Source: an uncultured Flavobacteriales bacterium
Lineage (GTDB): Bacteria; Bacteroidota; Bacteroidia; Flavobacteriales; JBLHRE01
NCBI GenBank assembly: GCA_937139155.1
Contig: CAKZPI010000021.1
Location: 81,339 to 145,338 of the forward strand
Reading direction: 5' to 3'
DNA length: 64,000 nt
The position numbers and the translations under genes were made by a program. The notes under the pieces are model-generated. The model was not told where the DNA came from, did no database searches, and worked only from the letters and a program-made list of their open reading frames with translations. Shown here piece after piece: positions 46,581-57,716 of the stretch (positions are counted from its first letter, which is position 1; each line of letters opens with the position of its first letter).

Positions 46581-47747
46581 ATGCGGAATGATATTTACCA
46601 GGTGAAAAACCGATGGAAAATAGGATTGCTCTTAACGGCTATCCTTATTGGTCTTGCCGCTACCTTTTACTCAAACCACCTGGTTTCCGCCCTGCAAAAG
46701 CAAGAAAGAAAAAAAGTGGCCCTGTGGGCAGAAGCTACCCGAAAACTGGCTGAGGTTGCAGACCTTGAGGCAGACCTGAGTTTCCTCTTTCAAGTGGTAA
46801 ATGACAACAGTACGGTGCCGGTGATTTTAGCCAATGAACAGGGTGAAATTATTGCGCATAGAAACCTAGACTCTGCCAAGGTTCGAAAGCCTGGGTACCT
46901 TCAGAAGCAAATTGGGAAAATGAAGCAGCAGCATGATCCCATCCGAATTGATTTTCAAGGAGGAGTGAATTTTATTTACTACAAGGATAGCTTCATTCTG
47001 AATTTGCTGAAATTTTATCCCCTTGCCGTTTTAGGCATCATTGGGGCCTATTTATTGGTTGCTTACGCGATATTTTCTTCAACCCGTAGAGCGGAACAAA
47101 ACCGAGTTTGGGCCGGCATGGCTAAGGAAACGGCACACCAAATTGGCACCCCCCTTTCCTCATTATTAGGGTGGATTGAAATATTGAAGACCCATGAGGT
47201 TCCACAAGACATTCTGGACGAAATGTCAAAGGACGTTGACCGGCTAGAAAAAATCACCCAAAGGTTCTCTAAAATCGGATCGGCCCCTGAAATTTCAAGC
47301 CAAAACCTGGTTGAGATTACCCGAAAAAGCATGAACTACATTCAAGTTCGAAGCTCTAAGAAAATCAATTTTCAATTCAATCTTCCGGAAGAGGATGCCC
47401 CCATTTTGGTAAACCTCAACCTTGAATTGTATGAATGGGTGATTGAAAATCTACTTCGGAACGCCATGGATGCTATGGAAGGAATTGGCGAAATCGAAAT
47501 AACAATTGGGTCTACATCAGGGTATGCATTTGTAGATGTTAGAGATACCGGTAAGGGGGTTAAAACAGGGCAATGGAAAAGAATTTTTCGTCCTGGATTC
47601 ACCACCAAAAAAAGAGGTTGGGGCTTAGGGCTCTCCCTGGCTCATAGGATTATCAATGAATACCATGACGGACAAATTTTCGTAAAGGAGTCTAACCTTG
47701 GCAAAGGCACAACCATTCGTATAAAACTTCCCCATGCAAAAGACTAA
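46581..47747 (+). CDS. sensor histidine kinase
   Basis: 388 aa with two TM. H-box is AHQIGTPLSSLLGW. The ATPase boxes are NLLRNAMDAM, DTGKGV and GWGLGLSL. Confidence 0.85.
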   Translation: MRNDIYQVKNRWKIGLLLTAILIGLAATFYSNHLVSALQKQERKKVALWAEATRKLAEVADLEADLSFLFQVVNDNSTVPVILANEQGEIIAHRNLDSAKVRKPGYLQKQIGKMKQQHDPIRIDFQGGVNFIYYKDSFILNLLKFYPLAVLGIIGAYLLVAYAIFSSTRRAEQNRVWAGMAKETAHQIGTPLSSLLGWIEILKTHEVPQDILDEMSKDVDRLEKITQRFSKIGSAPEISSQNLVEITRKSMNYIQVRSSKKINFQFNLPEEDAPILVNLNLELYEWVIENLLRNAMDAMEGIGEIEITIGSTSGYAFVDVRDTGKGVKTGQWKRIFRPGFTTKKRGWGLGLSLAHRIINEYHDGQIFVKESNLGKGTTIRIKLPHAKD

Positions 47748-48885
47748 GGCTGGTATTTACATCCACATACCTTTCTGTGCCCAGGCCTGCTCCTATTGCA
47801 ATTTTCACTTTTCCACCACTCGGAAGAACATGGATAAGCTCATCACATCCATTGGAAATGAGATGGCAATTCGAGAAAAAGACTGGAGGGCTTACCAGTT
47901 CGACACCCTATACTTTGGAGGAGGCACCCCATCCCTCTTAAGGAGTGAGAATTTTTCCTTTTTGATGGAGGCTTTGAATAAACATTTTTTCATGACTTCC
48001 CTTCAGGAGTTTACCATTGAGGCCAATCCAGACGATATTACCCATGAAAACCTCAAAGCGTGGAAGGAAATTGGGGTTAATAGATTGAGCATTGGGGTTC
48101 AGTCTTTTGACAATGAGGTTTTGGAATGGATGAACCGTAGCCATAAGGCTGAGGATAGCTTGAAGGCCTTGGAAAGGGCCAGAGGTTTTGGGTTTGAGAA
48201 ATTCTCAATGGATTTAATCTATGGCCTTCCGGAAGGCAAAGGGGGCGACTTTATGAAAGACCTCGGTAGGGTTGATGAGCTTGGGGTGAATCACATCTCA
48301 GCATATGCGCTTACCATAGAAGAGAACACCCCACTTCACAAGAAGATAATGACCCAAAGCTTCCCTGCTCCGGATGAAAATAGGGCGGTGAATGACTTCC
48401 AGAAACTTCAAGAATGGGCCAGGGAAAACGACTGGAGGCATTACGAGCTCTCAAACCTCTCTAAGAAAGGAGCTGAAGGAGTTCATAATAGTCAGTACTG
48501 GAGTCGGAAGCCCTATTTAGGATTGGGTCCGTCAGCCCATGGATTTCAAGAAGAGAAAAGGTATTGGAACCTAGCCAATAACCCTCAGTACATAAAGCAA
48601 ATTGACCTTGGTATTTTGCCCGAGGAAAAGGAGAGCTTAAGCCTAAAAGATCAATTGAATGAGTGGGTAATGACCAGCTTGAGGTTGGATACGGGCCTGA
48701 ACTTAAAAAACCTAAATGGCTATCCCACTGAACTGGTTCAAGAAATCATAGATTCCGCTGACGAATTAATCCGTATCGGGGAACTGGAAAGGTATAAAGA
48801 CTCCTTTGGTCATCTACATGTAAGGGTGCCTCTTGAGAAACGATTTTTAACCGACGGAATCGCTTCCAAGCTCTTTTTGGTCTAG
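47734..48885 (+). CDS. hemW: radical SAM heme chaperone HemW (HemN-like)
   Basis: 383 aa. The radical-SAM cluster motif is CAQACSYCNF. It has the HemN-like fold length and lacks the HemN N-terminal extension. Confidence 0.88.
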   Translation: MQKTKAGIYIHIPFCAQACSYCNFHFSTTRKNMDKLITSIGNEMAIREKDWRAYQFDTLYFGGGTPSLLRSENFSFLMEALNKHFFMTSLQEFTIEANPDDITHENLKAWKEIGVNRLSIGVQSFDNEVLEWMNRSHKAEDSLKALERARGFGFEKFSMDLIYGLPEGKGGDFMKDLGRVDELGVNHISAYALTIEENTPLHKKIMTQSFPAPDENRAVNDFQKLQEWARENDWRHYELSNLSKKGAEGVHNSQYWSRKPYLGLGPSAHGFQEEKRYWNLANNPQYIKQIDLGILPEEKESLSLKDQLNEWVMTSLRLDTGLNLKNLNGYPTELVQEIIDSADELIRIGELERYKDSFGHLHVRVPLEKRFLTDGIASKLFLV

Positions 48886-48910
48886 TCTCAGGCTGCTTGG
48901 TTAAGAATTT

Positions 48911-49423
48911 CTACTTTTTCTTATAAACCGGCACGGAAGAGCAAATTTCTCCATACATAATGGATTTCACCAAGGGTTGAAGCTTGGTCACCAAACGCAC
49001 AAAGGCATATTCCATTTCGGGTAAATTTGTGCAACCTTTAACCATGACCCTAAGGTCTTGAAACTCCTTTTCATCAAGCTTATTGATGTTTTGATCCCAG
49101 AGGTGACGATAAAGGTCGTTTCGGTCTCCAGAAACCACGGCGGCAGCAAGTGAAAGGTGTGAAGCAACCAGCATAAAAGCCCATTGGGGCAAAATGGCAT
49201 CGGTTGAGCAAGTTACCATTACATAGGCGTTTTCATATTTACGCCAGTCGTGTTCTTTTAGGGCATTGCGAAAGTCTTTCTCTCTCAAAATGAACCCTTC
49301 TTCCAAGAAATCACTCAGGTCAAAAATGATTTCTTCCTTTCCAGGGATGAGCTTGGCAAGGTCTAGGTCGAAGATATTAGCTTCAGCCACTTTATTGCGT
49401 ATGGGGTGATTTACGGTGTCCAT
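48911..49423 (-). CDS. DUF2480-like protein
   Basis: I placed the start at the ATG at 49423 (MDTVNHPIRNKVAEANIFDLDL...). About 170 aa. The pattern and its position beside queA are as I remember for DUF2480 in Flavobacteriia. Confidence 0.6.
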   Translation of the reverse strand: MDTVNHPIRNKVAEANIFDLDLAKLIPGKEEIIFDLSDFLEEGFILREKDFRNALKEHDWRKYENAYVMVTCSTDAILPQWAFMLVASHLSLAAAVVSGDRNDLYRHLWDQNINKLDEKEFQDLRVMVKGCTNLPEMEYAFVRLVTKLQPLVKSIMYGEICSSVPVYKKK

Positions 49424-49503
49424 GGTTTTAATCTCTTCATTCCCTTGACAAAGGGGCTTTGTGGTTGTATATTTGCCGGCCTTTAAATTAAGCATTTACT
49501 GCC

Positions 49504-50562
49504 ATGATGAAGTTCAAACTTTCGCATTTTAAATTTGACCTCCCAGAGGAATTACTAGCTGATCGTCCGGCTGAAAACCGCGATGAAAGTCGTTTAATGG
49601 TAGTTCATCGGGATACGGGAAAGTTTGAACACAAAATGTTTAAAGACCTAATTGATTATTTTGATGATCAAGATGTTATGGTCTTGAACAATACAAAGGT
49701 TTTTCCAGCTCGAATGTACGGAAACAAAGAGAAAACCGGCGCAAAGATTGAGGTTTTTTTACTTCGAGAATTGAACGCTGAATCTCGCCTTTGGGATGTT
49801 TTGGTAGACCCAGCCCGTAAAATTCGGATTGGAAATAAACTTTATTTCGGAGAGGATGAAAGCTTGGTGGCGGAAGTCATTGACAATACAACCAGCCGTG
49901 GAAGAACCCTTCGTTTCCTATTTGATGGGTCGTATGAGGAATTTAACGATAAGCTAAGAGAGCTTGGGCAAACTCCACTACCTAAATACATTCAGCGCCA
50001 ACCTGACCAAGAGGATGCTGAGCGGTACCAAACCGTATTCGCCAAAGAAGAAGGGGCCGTAGCTGCTCCAACTGCCGGGCTTCATTTTTCAAAACACCTT
50101 TTGAAGCGGCTTGAAATTAAAGGAATCAATTTTGCTGAGGTTACCCTTCACGTAGGACTAGGAACCTTCCGTCCTGTAGACGTAGAAGACCTTTCCAAGC
50201 ATAAAATGGATTCTGAAGAGTTTAAAATCTCAGATCAGGCTGCCAATGTAATCAACAAGGGAATCGATCATAAGCGTAAGGTTTGTGCCATCGGTACAAC
50301 GGTTATGCGCGCCATTGAGTCTTCAGTAAGTGCTGATCAGCATGTGAAGCCTTTTGATGGCTGGACCAACAAGTTCATTTTCCCTCCCTACGATTTCAAC
50401 ATTGCCAATTGTATGGTCACCAATTTCCATACACCTCAGTCTACCTTGATGATGATGACGGCAGCTTTCACAGGTTTTGACCTGTTGAAAAAGGCTTATG
50501 CCGAAGCGATTAAAGAGAAATATCGCTTCTACACCTATGGCGATGCCATGCTGATTCTATAA
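49504..50562 (+). CDS. queA: S-adenosylmethionine:tRNA ribosyltransferase-isomerase
   Basis: 352 aa. Typical QueA N-terminus ([24 protein letters not shown]) and TAGLHF motif. Confidence 0.95.
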   Translation: MMKFKLSHFKFDLPEELLADRPAENRDESRLMVVHRDTGKFEHKMFKDLIDYFDDQDVMVLNNTKVFPARMYGNKEKTGAKIEVFLLRELNAESRLWDVLVDPARKIRIGNKLYFGEDESLVAEVIDNTTSRGRTLRFLFDGSYEEFNDKLRELGQTPLPKYIQRQPDQEDAERYQTVFAKEEGAVAAPTAGLHFSKHLLKRLEIKGINFAEVTLHVGLGTFRPVDVEDLSKHKMDSEEFKISDQAANVINKGIDHKRKVCAIGTTVMRAIESSVSADQHVKPFDGWTNKFIFPPYDFNIANCMVTNFHTPQSTLMMMTAAFTGFDLLKKAYAEAIKEKYRFYTYGDAMLIL

Positions 50563-50564
50563 AT

Positions 50565-51242
50565 GTGTCTCAGGCGGTAATCATCACAGCCGGAGGGATT
50601 GGTTTGCGAATGGGAGCAAAGGTTCCCAAGCAGTTTTTATTGGTTCAAGGCCTGCCCTTATTGATGCATACCTTGAATAATATTCACAAAGTTTTACCTA
50701 AAGCTGACTTGGTTTTAACCTTGCCTCAGTCAAGCCTTTCTTATTGGAAAGAACTTTGTCAAGACCATAATTTTAATTTAAACCATACCCTTGTTCCTGG
50801 TGGTGAAACTCGATTTCATTCCGTTCAAAATGGTTTGAATGCCTTGCCAAACAACATTGATTGGGTGGGGATTCATGACGGGGTTCGGCCTTTCGTTTCT
50901 CAACGAATGATTTTGGATCTTTTTCAGGCGGCCCGTGAAGATGGTGGGGCTATTCCCGTCTTACCTGTAAACTTTAGTTTGAGGAAAAAGTCAGAACAAG
51001 GGTCAAGAGCCCTTGATCGGGAAGGCGTACTTGAGGTTCAAACCCCACAGGTCTTTAATAAATCCTTGCTAATTCAAGCCTTCCAAAAAGGATTTCAACC
51101 CCATTTTACCGATGAGGCCTCTGTTTGGGAAGCCGATGGAAGGGAGGTTCGATTGGTTCAAGGAGAACATTTCAACCGGAAAATAACGGTTGGTGAAGAT
51201 TTAGACTGGGCTCGGTATTTTGTGGACAAGGATTTGATTTGA
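50565..51242 (+). CDS. ispD: 2-C-methyl-D-erythritol 4-phosphate cytidylyltransferase
   Basis: 225 aa with a GTG start. AVIITAGGIGLRMGAKVPKQFL is the IspD P-loop-like motif. Confidence 0.9.
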   Translation: MSQAVIITAGGIGLRMGAKVPKQFLLVQGLPLLMHTLNNIHKVLPKADLVLTLPQSSLSYWKELCQDHNFNLNHTLVPGGETRFHSVQNGLNALPNNIDWVGIHDGVRPFVSQRMILDLFQAAREDGGAIPVLPVNFSLRKKSEQGSRALDREGVLEVQTPQVFNKSLLIQAFQKGFQPHFTDEASVWEADGREVRLVQGEHFNRKITVGEDLDWARYFVDKDLI

Positions 51243-51285
51243 CCGTGGGGAAACTACGGGTCAATTGGTACATTTACCCCCTATT

Positions 51286-52260
51286 ATGACAAGGCTCGAA
51301 GAAATTAAAAAACCCATCCAAGCTGAGATGGATGTCTTTGAAGGGAAATTTAGAGAATCCCTTTCGAGCCGCGTGGCTTTGCTTGACCGAATTACCAATT
51401 TCATTGTGAAAAGGAAGGGAAAGCAAATGAGGCCCATGTTTGTCTTTCTTTCTGCCAGATTATTTTCAGAGCCAGATGAATCTACTTTTCGGGCCGCTTC
51501 CTTGATTGAAATGCTGCATACTGCAACCTTGGTGCACGATGACGTGGTTGACGATGCAAACCTAAGAAGGGGTTTCTTTAGCTTGAATGCCCTTTGGAAG
51601 AATAAAATTGCTGTTTTGGTGGGCGATTACCTCTTGAGCAGATGCTTGATGATGGCCACTGAACACAAAGAATTTCACCTCCTTGAAATTGTAAGTCGGG
51701 CCGTGCGTGAAATATCCGAAGGAGAATTGCTTCAAATTGAAAAAGCCAGAAGGCTTGATATTCAGGAAGATGTCTACTTCGAAATCATTCGCCAAAAAAC
51801 GGCATCCCTAATAGCCGCTTGCTGCCAAGCCGGAACAGCTTCTGTAAACCAAGACCCCGAGCTCAACAAAACCATGTATAAGTTTGGGGAAACCATCGGA
51901 CTTGCTTTCCAAATCAAAGATGACCTCTTCGACTACCAAAAATCCGATGTAATTGGAAAACCTACGGGTATCGATATTAAGGAGCAGAAAATGACCCTGC
52001 CCCTGATTCATGTCCTTTCAAAAGCCTCTTCCGCTGACAAGCGATACATTATAAACACCGTCAAAAAGCATCATAAAAATCCTAGAAAAGTCAATAAACT
52101 CATTGATTTTGTGGTTGAGCAGGGCGGACTAGACTATGCCAGCAATAAAATGCATGAGCTCCATGCAGAAGCTCGTGAAATGCTTTTAAAACTGCCTAAA
52201 AACGAAGCCAGAGATAGCCTTGAGAACCTGGTAGACTATGTGATCAATCGGAAGAAATGA
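51286..52260 (+). CDS. long-chain polyprenyl diphosphate synthase
   Basis: I placed the start at the ATG at 51286. The first DDxxD is LVHDDVVDD and the second is KDDLFD. Confidence 0.88.
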   Translation: MTRLEEIKKPIQAEMDVFEGKFRESLSSRVALLDRITNFIVKRKGKQMRPMFVFLSARLFSEPDESTFRAASLIEMLHTATLVHDDVVDDANLRRGFFSLNALWKNKIAVLVGDYLLSRCLMMATEHKEFHLLEIVSRAVREISEGELLQIEKARRLDIQEDVYFEIIRQKTASLIAACCQAGTASVNQDPELNKTMYKFGETIGLAFQIKDDLFDYQKSDVIGKPTGIDIKEQKMTLPLIHVLSKASSADKRYIINTVKKHHKNPRKVNKLIDFVVEQGGLDYASNKMHELHAEAREMLLKLPKNEARDSLENLVDYVINRKK

Positions 52261-54221
52261 TCAAAAGAGAAACCATAGATAAAATCTTTGAAACCTCTAG
52301 AATAGAAGAGGTTATTGGGGAATTTGTGAACCTGAAAAAAACAGGGGCAAATTTTAAAGGACTCTCTCCTTTTACCAATGAAAAGACGCCTTCTTTCGTG
52401 GTTTCTCCATCCAAGCAAATTTTCAAGTGCTTTAGTTCCGGGAAGGGAGGTAATGTGGTTACCTTCTTAATGGAAGCCGAGCATTTTACCTACCCGGAAG
52501 CCCTTAAGTGGTTGGCGGATAAGTACCAGATTGAAATTGAGGAAACCGTTGCCAGTCCGGAAGCCAAGGCAGAACGAGATGAAAAAGAGTCCATTTTTGC
52601 GCTTTCCGCATTTGCCGACCAGTTTTACCAAGATCAGCTCCACAATACAGAAGAGGGAAAAGGAATAGGCCTAAGCTATTTTCAACAGAGAGGCTTTACC
52701 CCTGAAATTATAAAATCTTTTGGCCTTGGGTACTCCCCTGAAAAGCGCAATGCTTTCACAGAATATGCAGAGGCAAAAGGCTACCAGAAAGAGTTTCTTG
52801 AGCTTTCAGGCCTAAGTATTTATAAAAACGGGCCGGGATTTGATCGCTTTTCGGGTCGGGTGATGTTTCCAATACACAGCATGTCAGGAAGGGTGCTTGG
52901 CTTTGGGGGTAGAATTCTGAAGTCGAATACCAAGGCGGCCAAATACCTGAATTCGCCAGAGAATCCCATTTATCATAAGAGCAAGGTTTTATATGGTATT
53001 TATCAGGCCAGACAAAGCATAGCTAAAGCGGATTTATGCTATTTGGTAGAAGGCTATACCGATGTGATTTCTTTGCATCAAGCCGGAATCACTCAGGCTG
53101 TTGCATCCTCAGGAACCGCCCTTACCCCGGATCAAATTCGGATGGTTTCTCGGCTCACCAAGAACTTAACCATTTTGTACGATGGGGATGCGGCGGGGAT
53201 TAAAGCTGCCATCCGAGGAACCCATATAGCCCTTGAACAAGGCATGCACGTTCGGGTGGTTTTATTTCCAGAAGGAGAGGATCCAGATAGTTTTGCCCAA
53301 AAAAACAGCCTAGAGGATCTTGAGAAATTCCTCAAAGAATCGGCTAAAGACATTGTTCAGTTTCAAACCGATTTAGCCCTAGACCAGGCAAAGGGAGACC
53401 CCATTCGGAAGTCTGAATTGCTTAAAGAGATTTTAGAAACCATCTCCCTGGTAAAGGAAGACACCCTTCAAACCCTGTACATTCAAGAAACTTCAAGAAA
53501 GTTTGAAGTAGATGAAAGAAGGCTGTTCAATGAGCTTGCCCGAATTCAAGGCAAAAAGGAGCGGGAGGATGCCCGTAAAGAAAATCGGGAACAGCTTAGA
53601 GCAGTTACTGACACCCCAAAGGAAGAACCAAAGAAAAACCTAGGGGCAGATCATAAAATCTTCAATGAAGACCAGGAGAAATCTTTGATTCGGATTTTGA
53701 TTAGCTGTGGGGCTGATGATATGGAATACCACCCCCCTAGAAAATCAAAAGAGGATGAGGAAGAGGTTTTAATAATCAATGTTGCTAAGTTCATCGTGCA
53801 AGAACTTCAAGCCGATGACATGCATTTTCATCACCCGCTTTTCGCGAAGGTTTATGATGAAATCTTAGACGGGATTGAGGCCGGAGAAATACCTGACAGT
53901 CATTTCTTTACTCGACATGAAAATCCGGAAATTGCTCAATTGGCATCCGATTTAATCACAGAGAAATACCACCTCTCTGAAAACTGGAAGTCAAAAGGGA
54001 TATTCATTCATCCCAGAGAGTCTTACCTCAGCCGAGATGTTTTTGAAAGCCTGTATTATTTCAAGAAAGGCAGGGTAAAAGAAACCTTGAAAACTCTGAC
54101 CGAAAAACTTCGAAAATCGGACAATAGCCCTGAGCAATCCATGGAAATCATGAGCCAAATGAAGCAGCTTAAATTTGTTGAGTTGGCCATCGCCAACCTA
54201 ATCAATGAAAAGCATTTTTAA
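52257..54221 (+). CDS. dnaG: DNA primase
   Basis: 654 aa. The zinc-binding region is [34 protein letters not shown]. The TOPRIM motif is VEGYTDV...YDGDAAG. Confidence 0.93.
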   Translation: MIKRETIDKIFETSRIEEVIGEFVNLKKTGANFKGLSPFTNEKTPSFVVSPSKQIFKCFSSGKGGNVVTFLMEAEHFTYPEALKWLADKYQIEIEETVASPEAKAERDEKESIFALSAFADQFYQDQLHNTEEGKGIGLSYFQQRGFTPEIIKSFGLGYSPEKRNAFTEYAEAKGYQKEFLELSGLSIYKNGPGFDRFSGRVMFPIHSMSGRVLGFGGRILKSNTKAAKYLNSPENPIYHKSKVLYGIYQARQSIAKADLCYLVEGYTDVISLHQAGITQAVASSGTALTPDQIRMVSRLTKNLTILYDGDAAGIKAAIRGTHIALEQGMHVRVVLFPEGEDPDSFAQKNSLEDLEKFLKESAKDIVQFQTDLALDQAKGDPIRKSELLKEILETISLVKEDTLQTLYIQETSRKFEVDERRLFNELARIQGKKEREDARKENREQLRAVTDTPKEEPKKNLGADHKIFNEDQEKSLIRILISCGADDMEYHPPRKSKEDEEEVLIINVAKFIVQELQADDMHFHHPLFAKVYDEILDGIEAGEIPDSHFFTRHENPEIAQLASDLITEKYHLSENWKSKGIFIHPRESYLSRDVFESLYYFKKGRVKETLKTLTEKLRKSDNSPEQSMEIMSQMKQLKFVELAIANLINEKHF

Positions 54222-56257
54222 CGAATCACGTTTCCGTTTTCACCACCGGTTGATTGCACAAAGAACAATTTCCCGTCTTGGTCTTCTCCCATTAGAATCA
54301 TCCCCTGAGAAACCACTCCTCTAATTTTTCTGGGTTCTAAGTTCATCAGAACCGTCACCTTCGTGCCCGGAAGGTCTTCTGGCTTAAAGTGCTCAGCAAT
54401 TCCTGAAACAATGGTTCTCTGGTCTAAGCCGGTATCAACCTCTAGCTTTAGAAGCTTATCGGCCTTCTTTACTTTTTCTGCACTTAGAATGGTTCCTATT
54501 CTAAGGTCAAGCTTTTGGAAATCGTCAAAACTTGCAGCTTCCTTTTGAGGTGGAAGGTTTGGAGATTGACTTGAGGTTTCGGTATTCTTTAGTTTTTCAA
54601 TTTGAGCTTCCATTTCTTGGTCTTCAATTTTTGAGAAAAGGAGTTCGGTTTTCCCCAATACATGTCCGGGTTTTAACCAGTTTCCTTCTCCAGCCTCTTT
54701 CCAATCACCTCCTACAAAATTCAACATCCCTCTTAGTTTCTTGGCAGAAAAGGGCATGAAAGGCTCCATTAACACCGATAGTGAAGCCGTTATTTGTAGG
54801 GCCACGAAAAGAATGCTTTTGGTGCGTTCTGGGTCAGTTTTGAACTTTTTCCAAGGCTCTTCATCGGCCAAGAACTTGTTTCCGTGACGGGCTAAATTCA
54901 TCAAGCTGGCCAGGGCTTCTCTGAACTTATAATCGTGAATTGACTTCCCGATGCTTTCAGGGTATGACTCTATGGCCTTCAAGGCCAATTGATCTTGAGG
55001 TGAAATTTTCTCAGGATTTGGAACCTCTCCTTGGTAATATTTATGGCTTAGCACCAAAACTCGGTTTATAAAGTTGCCGAGAATTCCTACCAGCTCAGAA
55101 TTGTTCCTGGTTTGAAAATCTTTCCAAGTGAAATCATTGTCTTTGGTTTCTGGAGCAGCGGCGGTAAGCACATACCGAAGTACGTCTTCCTTTCCGGGGA
55201 AGTCTTCCAGGTATTCATGCAACCAAACCGCCCAGTTTCTTGAGGTAGAAATTTTATCCCCTTCAAGGTTTAAAAACTCATTGGCCGGAACATTTTCTGG
55301 CAGCACATAAGACCCATGTGCTTTGAGCATTACCGGGAATATGATGCAATGGAAAACGATATTATCCTTTCCGATGAAATGCACCAATTTGGTTTTCTCA
55401 TCCTTCCAATATGGCTCCCAGTTCTTGCCGGTACGTTCCGCCCATTCTTTGCTTGAAGAAATGTATCCAATGGGGGCATCAAACCAAACGTAGAGTACTT
55501 TTCCTTCCCCACCTTTAACCGGAACAGGAATGCCCCAATTTAAATCTCGAGTTACAGCTCTTGGGTGCAGTCCGCTGTCAATCCAAGATTTTACTTGGCC
55601 GTAAACATTGGGCTTCCAGTCTTTTGCATGCCCTTCAAGAATCCATTCTTTGAGAAAGTCTTCGTATTTATTTAGGGGCAGGTACCAATGTTTGGTTTCT
55701 TTAAGTACGGGTTTATTTCCGCTTAAAGCGGATTGAGGATTGATAAGGTCGCGAGGATTTAGGCTACTGCCACACTTCTCGCATTGGTCTCCATACGCCC
55801 CTCCTGATTTGCAATTCGGGCAGGTTCCCGTAATGTACCGATCGGCTAGAAACTCACCTTCTGCTTCGTCGTAAAACTGTTCTGAACTTTCAACATCGAA
55901 GCTCCCGTTTTCATGCAAGGTCTTGAAAAATTCGGAAGCAGTTTCATGATGGATTTTAGCTGAGGTCCGGCTGTAATTGTCGAAAGAAATCCCCAGTTTC
56001 TCCATGGATTCCTTAATCATGGGATGGAATTTATCCACCACATCTTGGGGGCTTACCCCGAGCTTTTTAGCGGTAATGGTAATCGGAATACCGTGTTCAT
56101 CGCTTCCGCAAACAAAGAGCACGTCTTCATGGCTTGCCCTTAAAAATCTGGCATAAATATCTGCTGGAATATAAACTCCTGCCAAATGACCAATATGAAC
56201 GGGTCCGTTGGTATATGGCAATGCTGCCGTAATGGTATAACGATTGGGATTTTCCAT
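54218..56257 (-). CDS. metG: methionine--tRNA ligase
   Basis: 679 aa. HIGH motif is VHIGHLAG. Zinc knuckles are CPNCKS...CEKCGS. The KMSKS-like motif is KISTS. A C-terminal Trbp111/EMAP-type tRNA-binding domain is present. Confidence 0.96.
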   Translation of the reverse strand: MENPNRYTITAALPYTNGPVHIGHLAGVYIPADIYARFLRASHEDVLFVCGSDEHGIPITITAKKLGVSPQDVVDKFHPMIKESMEKLGISFDNYSRTSAKIHHETASEFFKTLHENGSFDVESSEQFYDEAEGEFLADRYITGTCPNCKSGGAYGDQCEKCGSSLNPRDLINPQSALSGNKPVLKETKHWYLPLNKYEDFLKEWILEGHAKDWKPNVYGQVKSWIDSGLHPRAVTRDLNWGIPVPVKGGEGKVLYVWFDAPIGYISSSKEWAERTGKNWEPYWKDEKTKLVHFIGKDNIVFHCIIFPVMLKAHGSYVLPENVPANEFLNLEGDKISTSRNWAVWLHEYLEDFPGKEDVLRYVLTAAAPETKDNDFTWKDFQTRNNSELVGILGNFINRVLVLSHKYYQGEVPNPEKISPQDQLALKAIESYPESIGKSIHDYKFREALASLMNLARHGNKFLADEEPWKKFKTDPERTKSILFVALQITASLSVLMEPFMPFSAKKLRGMLNFVGGDWKEAGEGNWLKPGHVLGKTELLFSKIEDQEMEAQIEKLKNTETSSQSPNLPPQKEAASFDDFQKLDLRIGTILSAEKVKKADKLLKLEVDTGLDQRTIVSGIAEHFKPEDLPGTKVTVLMNLEPRKIRGVVSQGMILMGEDQDGKLFFVQSTGGENGNVIR

Positions 56258-56295
56258 CTAGCCCTTGTACTTTGGCCGCAAAGTAACACAATTCA

Positions 56296-57210
56296 ATGAC
56301 GCCTTTAAAGTCAAATTTCCCCCAGCTAAGGCCGGGAGCTAAAATCGGTTTAATTTCAACCGCTCGAAAAATATCAATGCCTGAGCTTAAGGCCTTTCAT
56401 GATTTTTCAAAGGCCCAAGGCTGGGAAATCATTCATGGCGATTACCTTTTTTCAGAACATCACCAATTGGCAGGCACCGACCAAGAAAGAAGGTCTGACC
56501 TTCAGAATATGATGAATCGGGAAGATCTTTCAGCCATTTGGTTCGCTCGAGGCGGATATGGTACCGTTCGGGTTCTTGAGGGACTGGATTTTTCAAAATT
56601 CAAAGAACATCCAAAATGGATGATTGGATATAGTGATTTGACGGCCTTTCACCTTCAACTTTATGCCAAGACCCAATTAAAGAGCTTGCATGGAACCATG
56701 CCCGTTAATTTCAAAACCAATACCCCAGAATGTTTAGAAATCACCAAAGGGATATTGGAGGGAAGCCCAAATCCTTATGAATGGAATTCAGGTTCAGATT
56801 TGAGTCTTGATGGAAAAGCAGAAGGGGTTTTGGTAGGAGGGAATTTAAGCGTAATCTATTCCTTGCTTGGCTCTGAATCCATACCAGACATGAATGGAAA
56901 AATATTATTCATTGAAGATTTGGATGAATACCTATACCACATTGACCGGATGATGATGAATTTAAAACGGAACGGAATATTAGAAGAAATTTCAGGATTG
57001 GTGGTAGGCGGTATGACGGATATGAATGACAATGCCATTCCTTGGGGGAAAAGAGCAGAAGAAACCATTTACGAACATTTCAAAGGGTATGGTAAACCCC
57101 TGGCTTTTGATTTCAGTGGAGGCCATGTTGATCACCATTTGCCCCTGATTCATGGAGAATTTCATACCTTGGAGGTGAACCAGGGTCATTGCCGGTTGAG
57201 TTCGGTATAA
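56296..57210 (+). CDS. LD-carboxypeptidase (peptidase S66)
   Basis: 304 aa. The nucleophile context is GYSDLTAFH, and the C-terminal GGH...H pattern is typical of the LdcA family. Confidence 0.85.
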   Translation: MTPLKSNFPQLRPGAKIGLISTARKISMPELKAFHDFSKAQGWEIIHGDYLFSEHHQLAGTDQERRSDLQNMMNREDLSAIWFARGGYGTVRVLEGLDFSKFKEHPKWMIGYSDLTAFHLQLYAKTQLKSLHGTMPVNFKTNTPECLEITKGILEGSPNPYEWNSGSDLSLDGKAEGVLVGGNLSVIYSLLGSESIPDMNGKILFIEDLDEYLYHIDRMMMNLKRNGILEEISGLVVGGMTDMNDNAIPWGKRAEETIYEHFKGYGKPLAFDFSGGHVDHHLPLIHGEFHTLEVNQGHCRLSSV

Positions 57211-57234
57211 TCTTGACCCATAAATCCCGCAACC

Positions 57235-57600
57235 ATGAACCATAATCAAGAAATCGGTAAGAAAGGAGAAGAGTTGGCCTTGGAATTCCTTCTTGAAAAA
57301 GGCTTCCAATTCGTTTCTAAAAACCACCGCATTGAAAAGGCAGAAATTGACATCATCCTTCGAAAGGATAATACCATTCACTTTGTAGAAGTGAAAACCT
57401 TGTCAGATTTTAAACATCATGACCCCCATGAGTCGGTAAACCGGCGCAAAGAAAAAACCATGATTCAGGCAGGGGAAGAATACCTTGAACGGGAAGGCCT
57501 TGACTTGGAAATTCAATTTGACGTGGTGGGCATTGTCTTAGCTCAGCCACCCCAAATTCAATACTTTCCAGCCGCCTTCCATGGGGTGGATTATTTATAG
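57235..57600 (+). CDS. yraN: YraN family (UPF0102) endonuclease-like protein
   Basis: 121 aa. GKKGEELALEFLLEKGFQFV...EIDIILRKDNTIHFVEVKT is the canonical YraN pattern. Confidence 0.85.
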   Translation: MNHNQEIGKKGEELALEFLLEKGFQFVSKNHRIEKAEIDIILRKDNTIHFVEVKTLSDFKHHDPHESVNRRKEKTMIQAGEEYLEREGLDLEIQFDVVGIVLAQPPQIQYFPAAFHGVDYL

Positions 57601-57716
57601 ATTCAACCAAGGAATACCCTATTGATTCTAAGTTAATTGGGCTTTTTTGAATTCCTTTTTAAAGAGGATTATAAACCCATGGATAAAGCCTAGCTTTGCA
57701 AAAAATTTCGGGCCCT

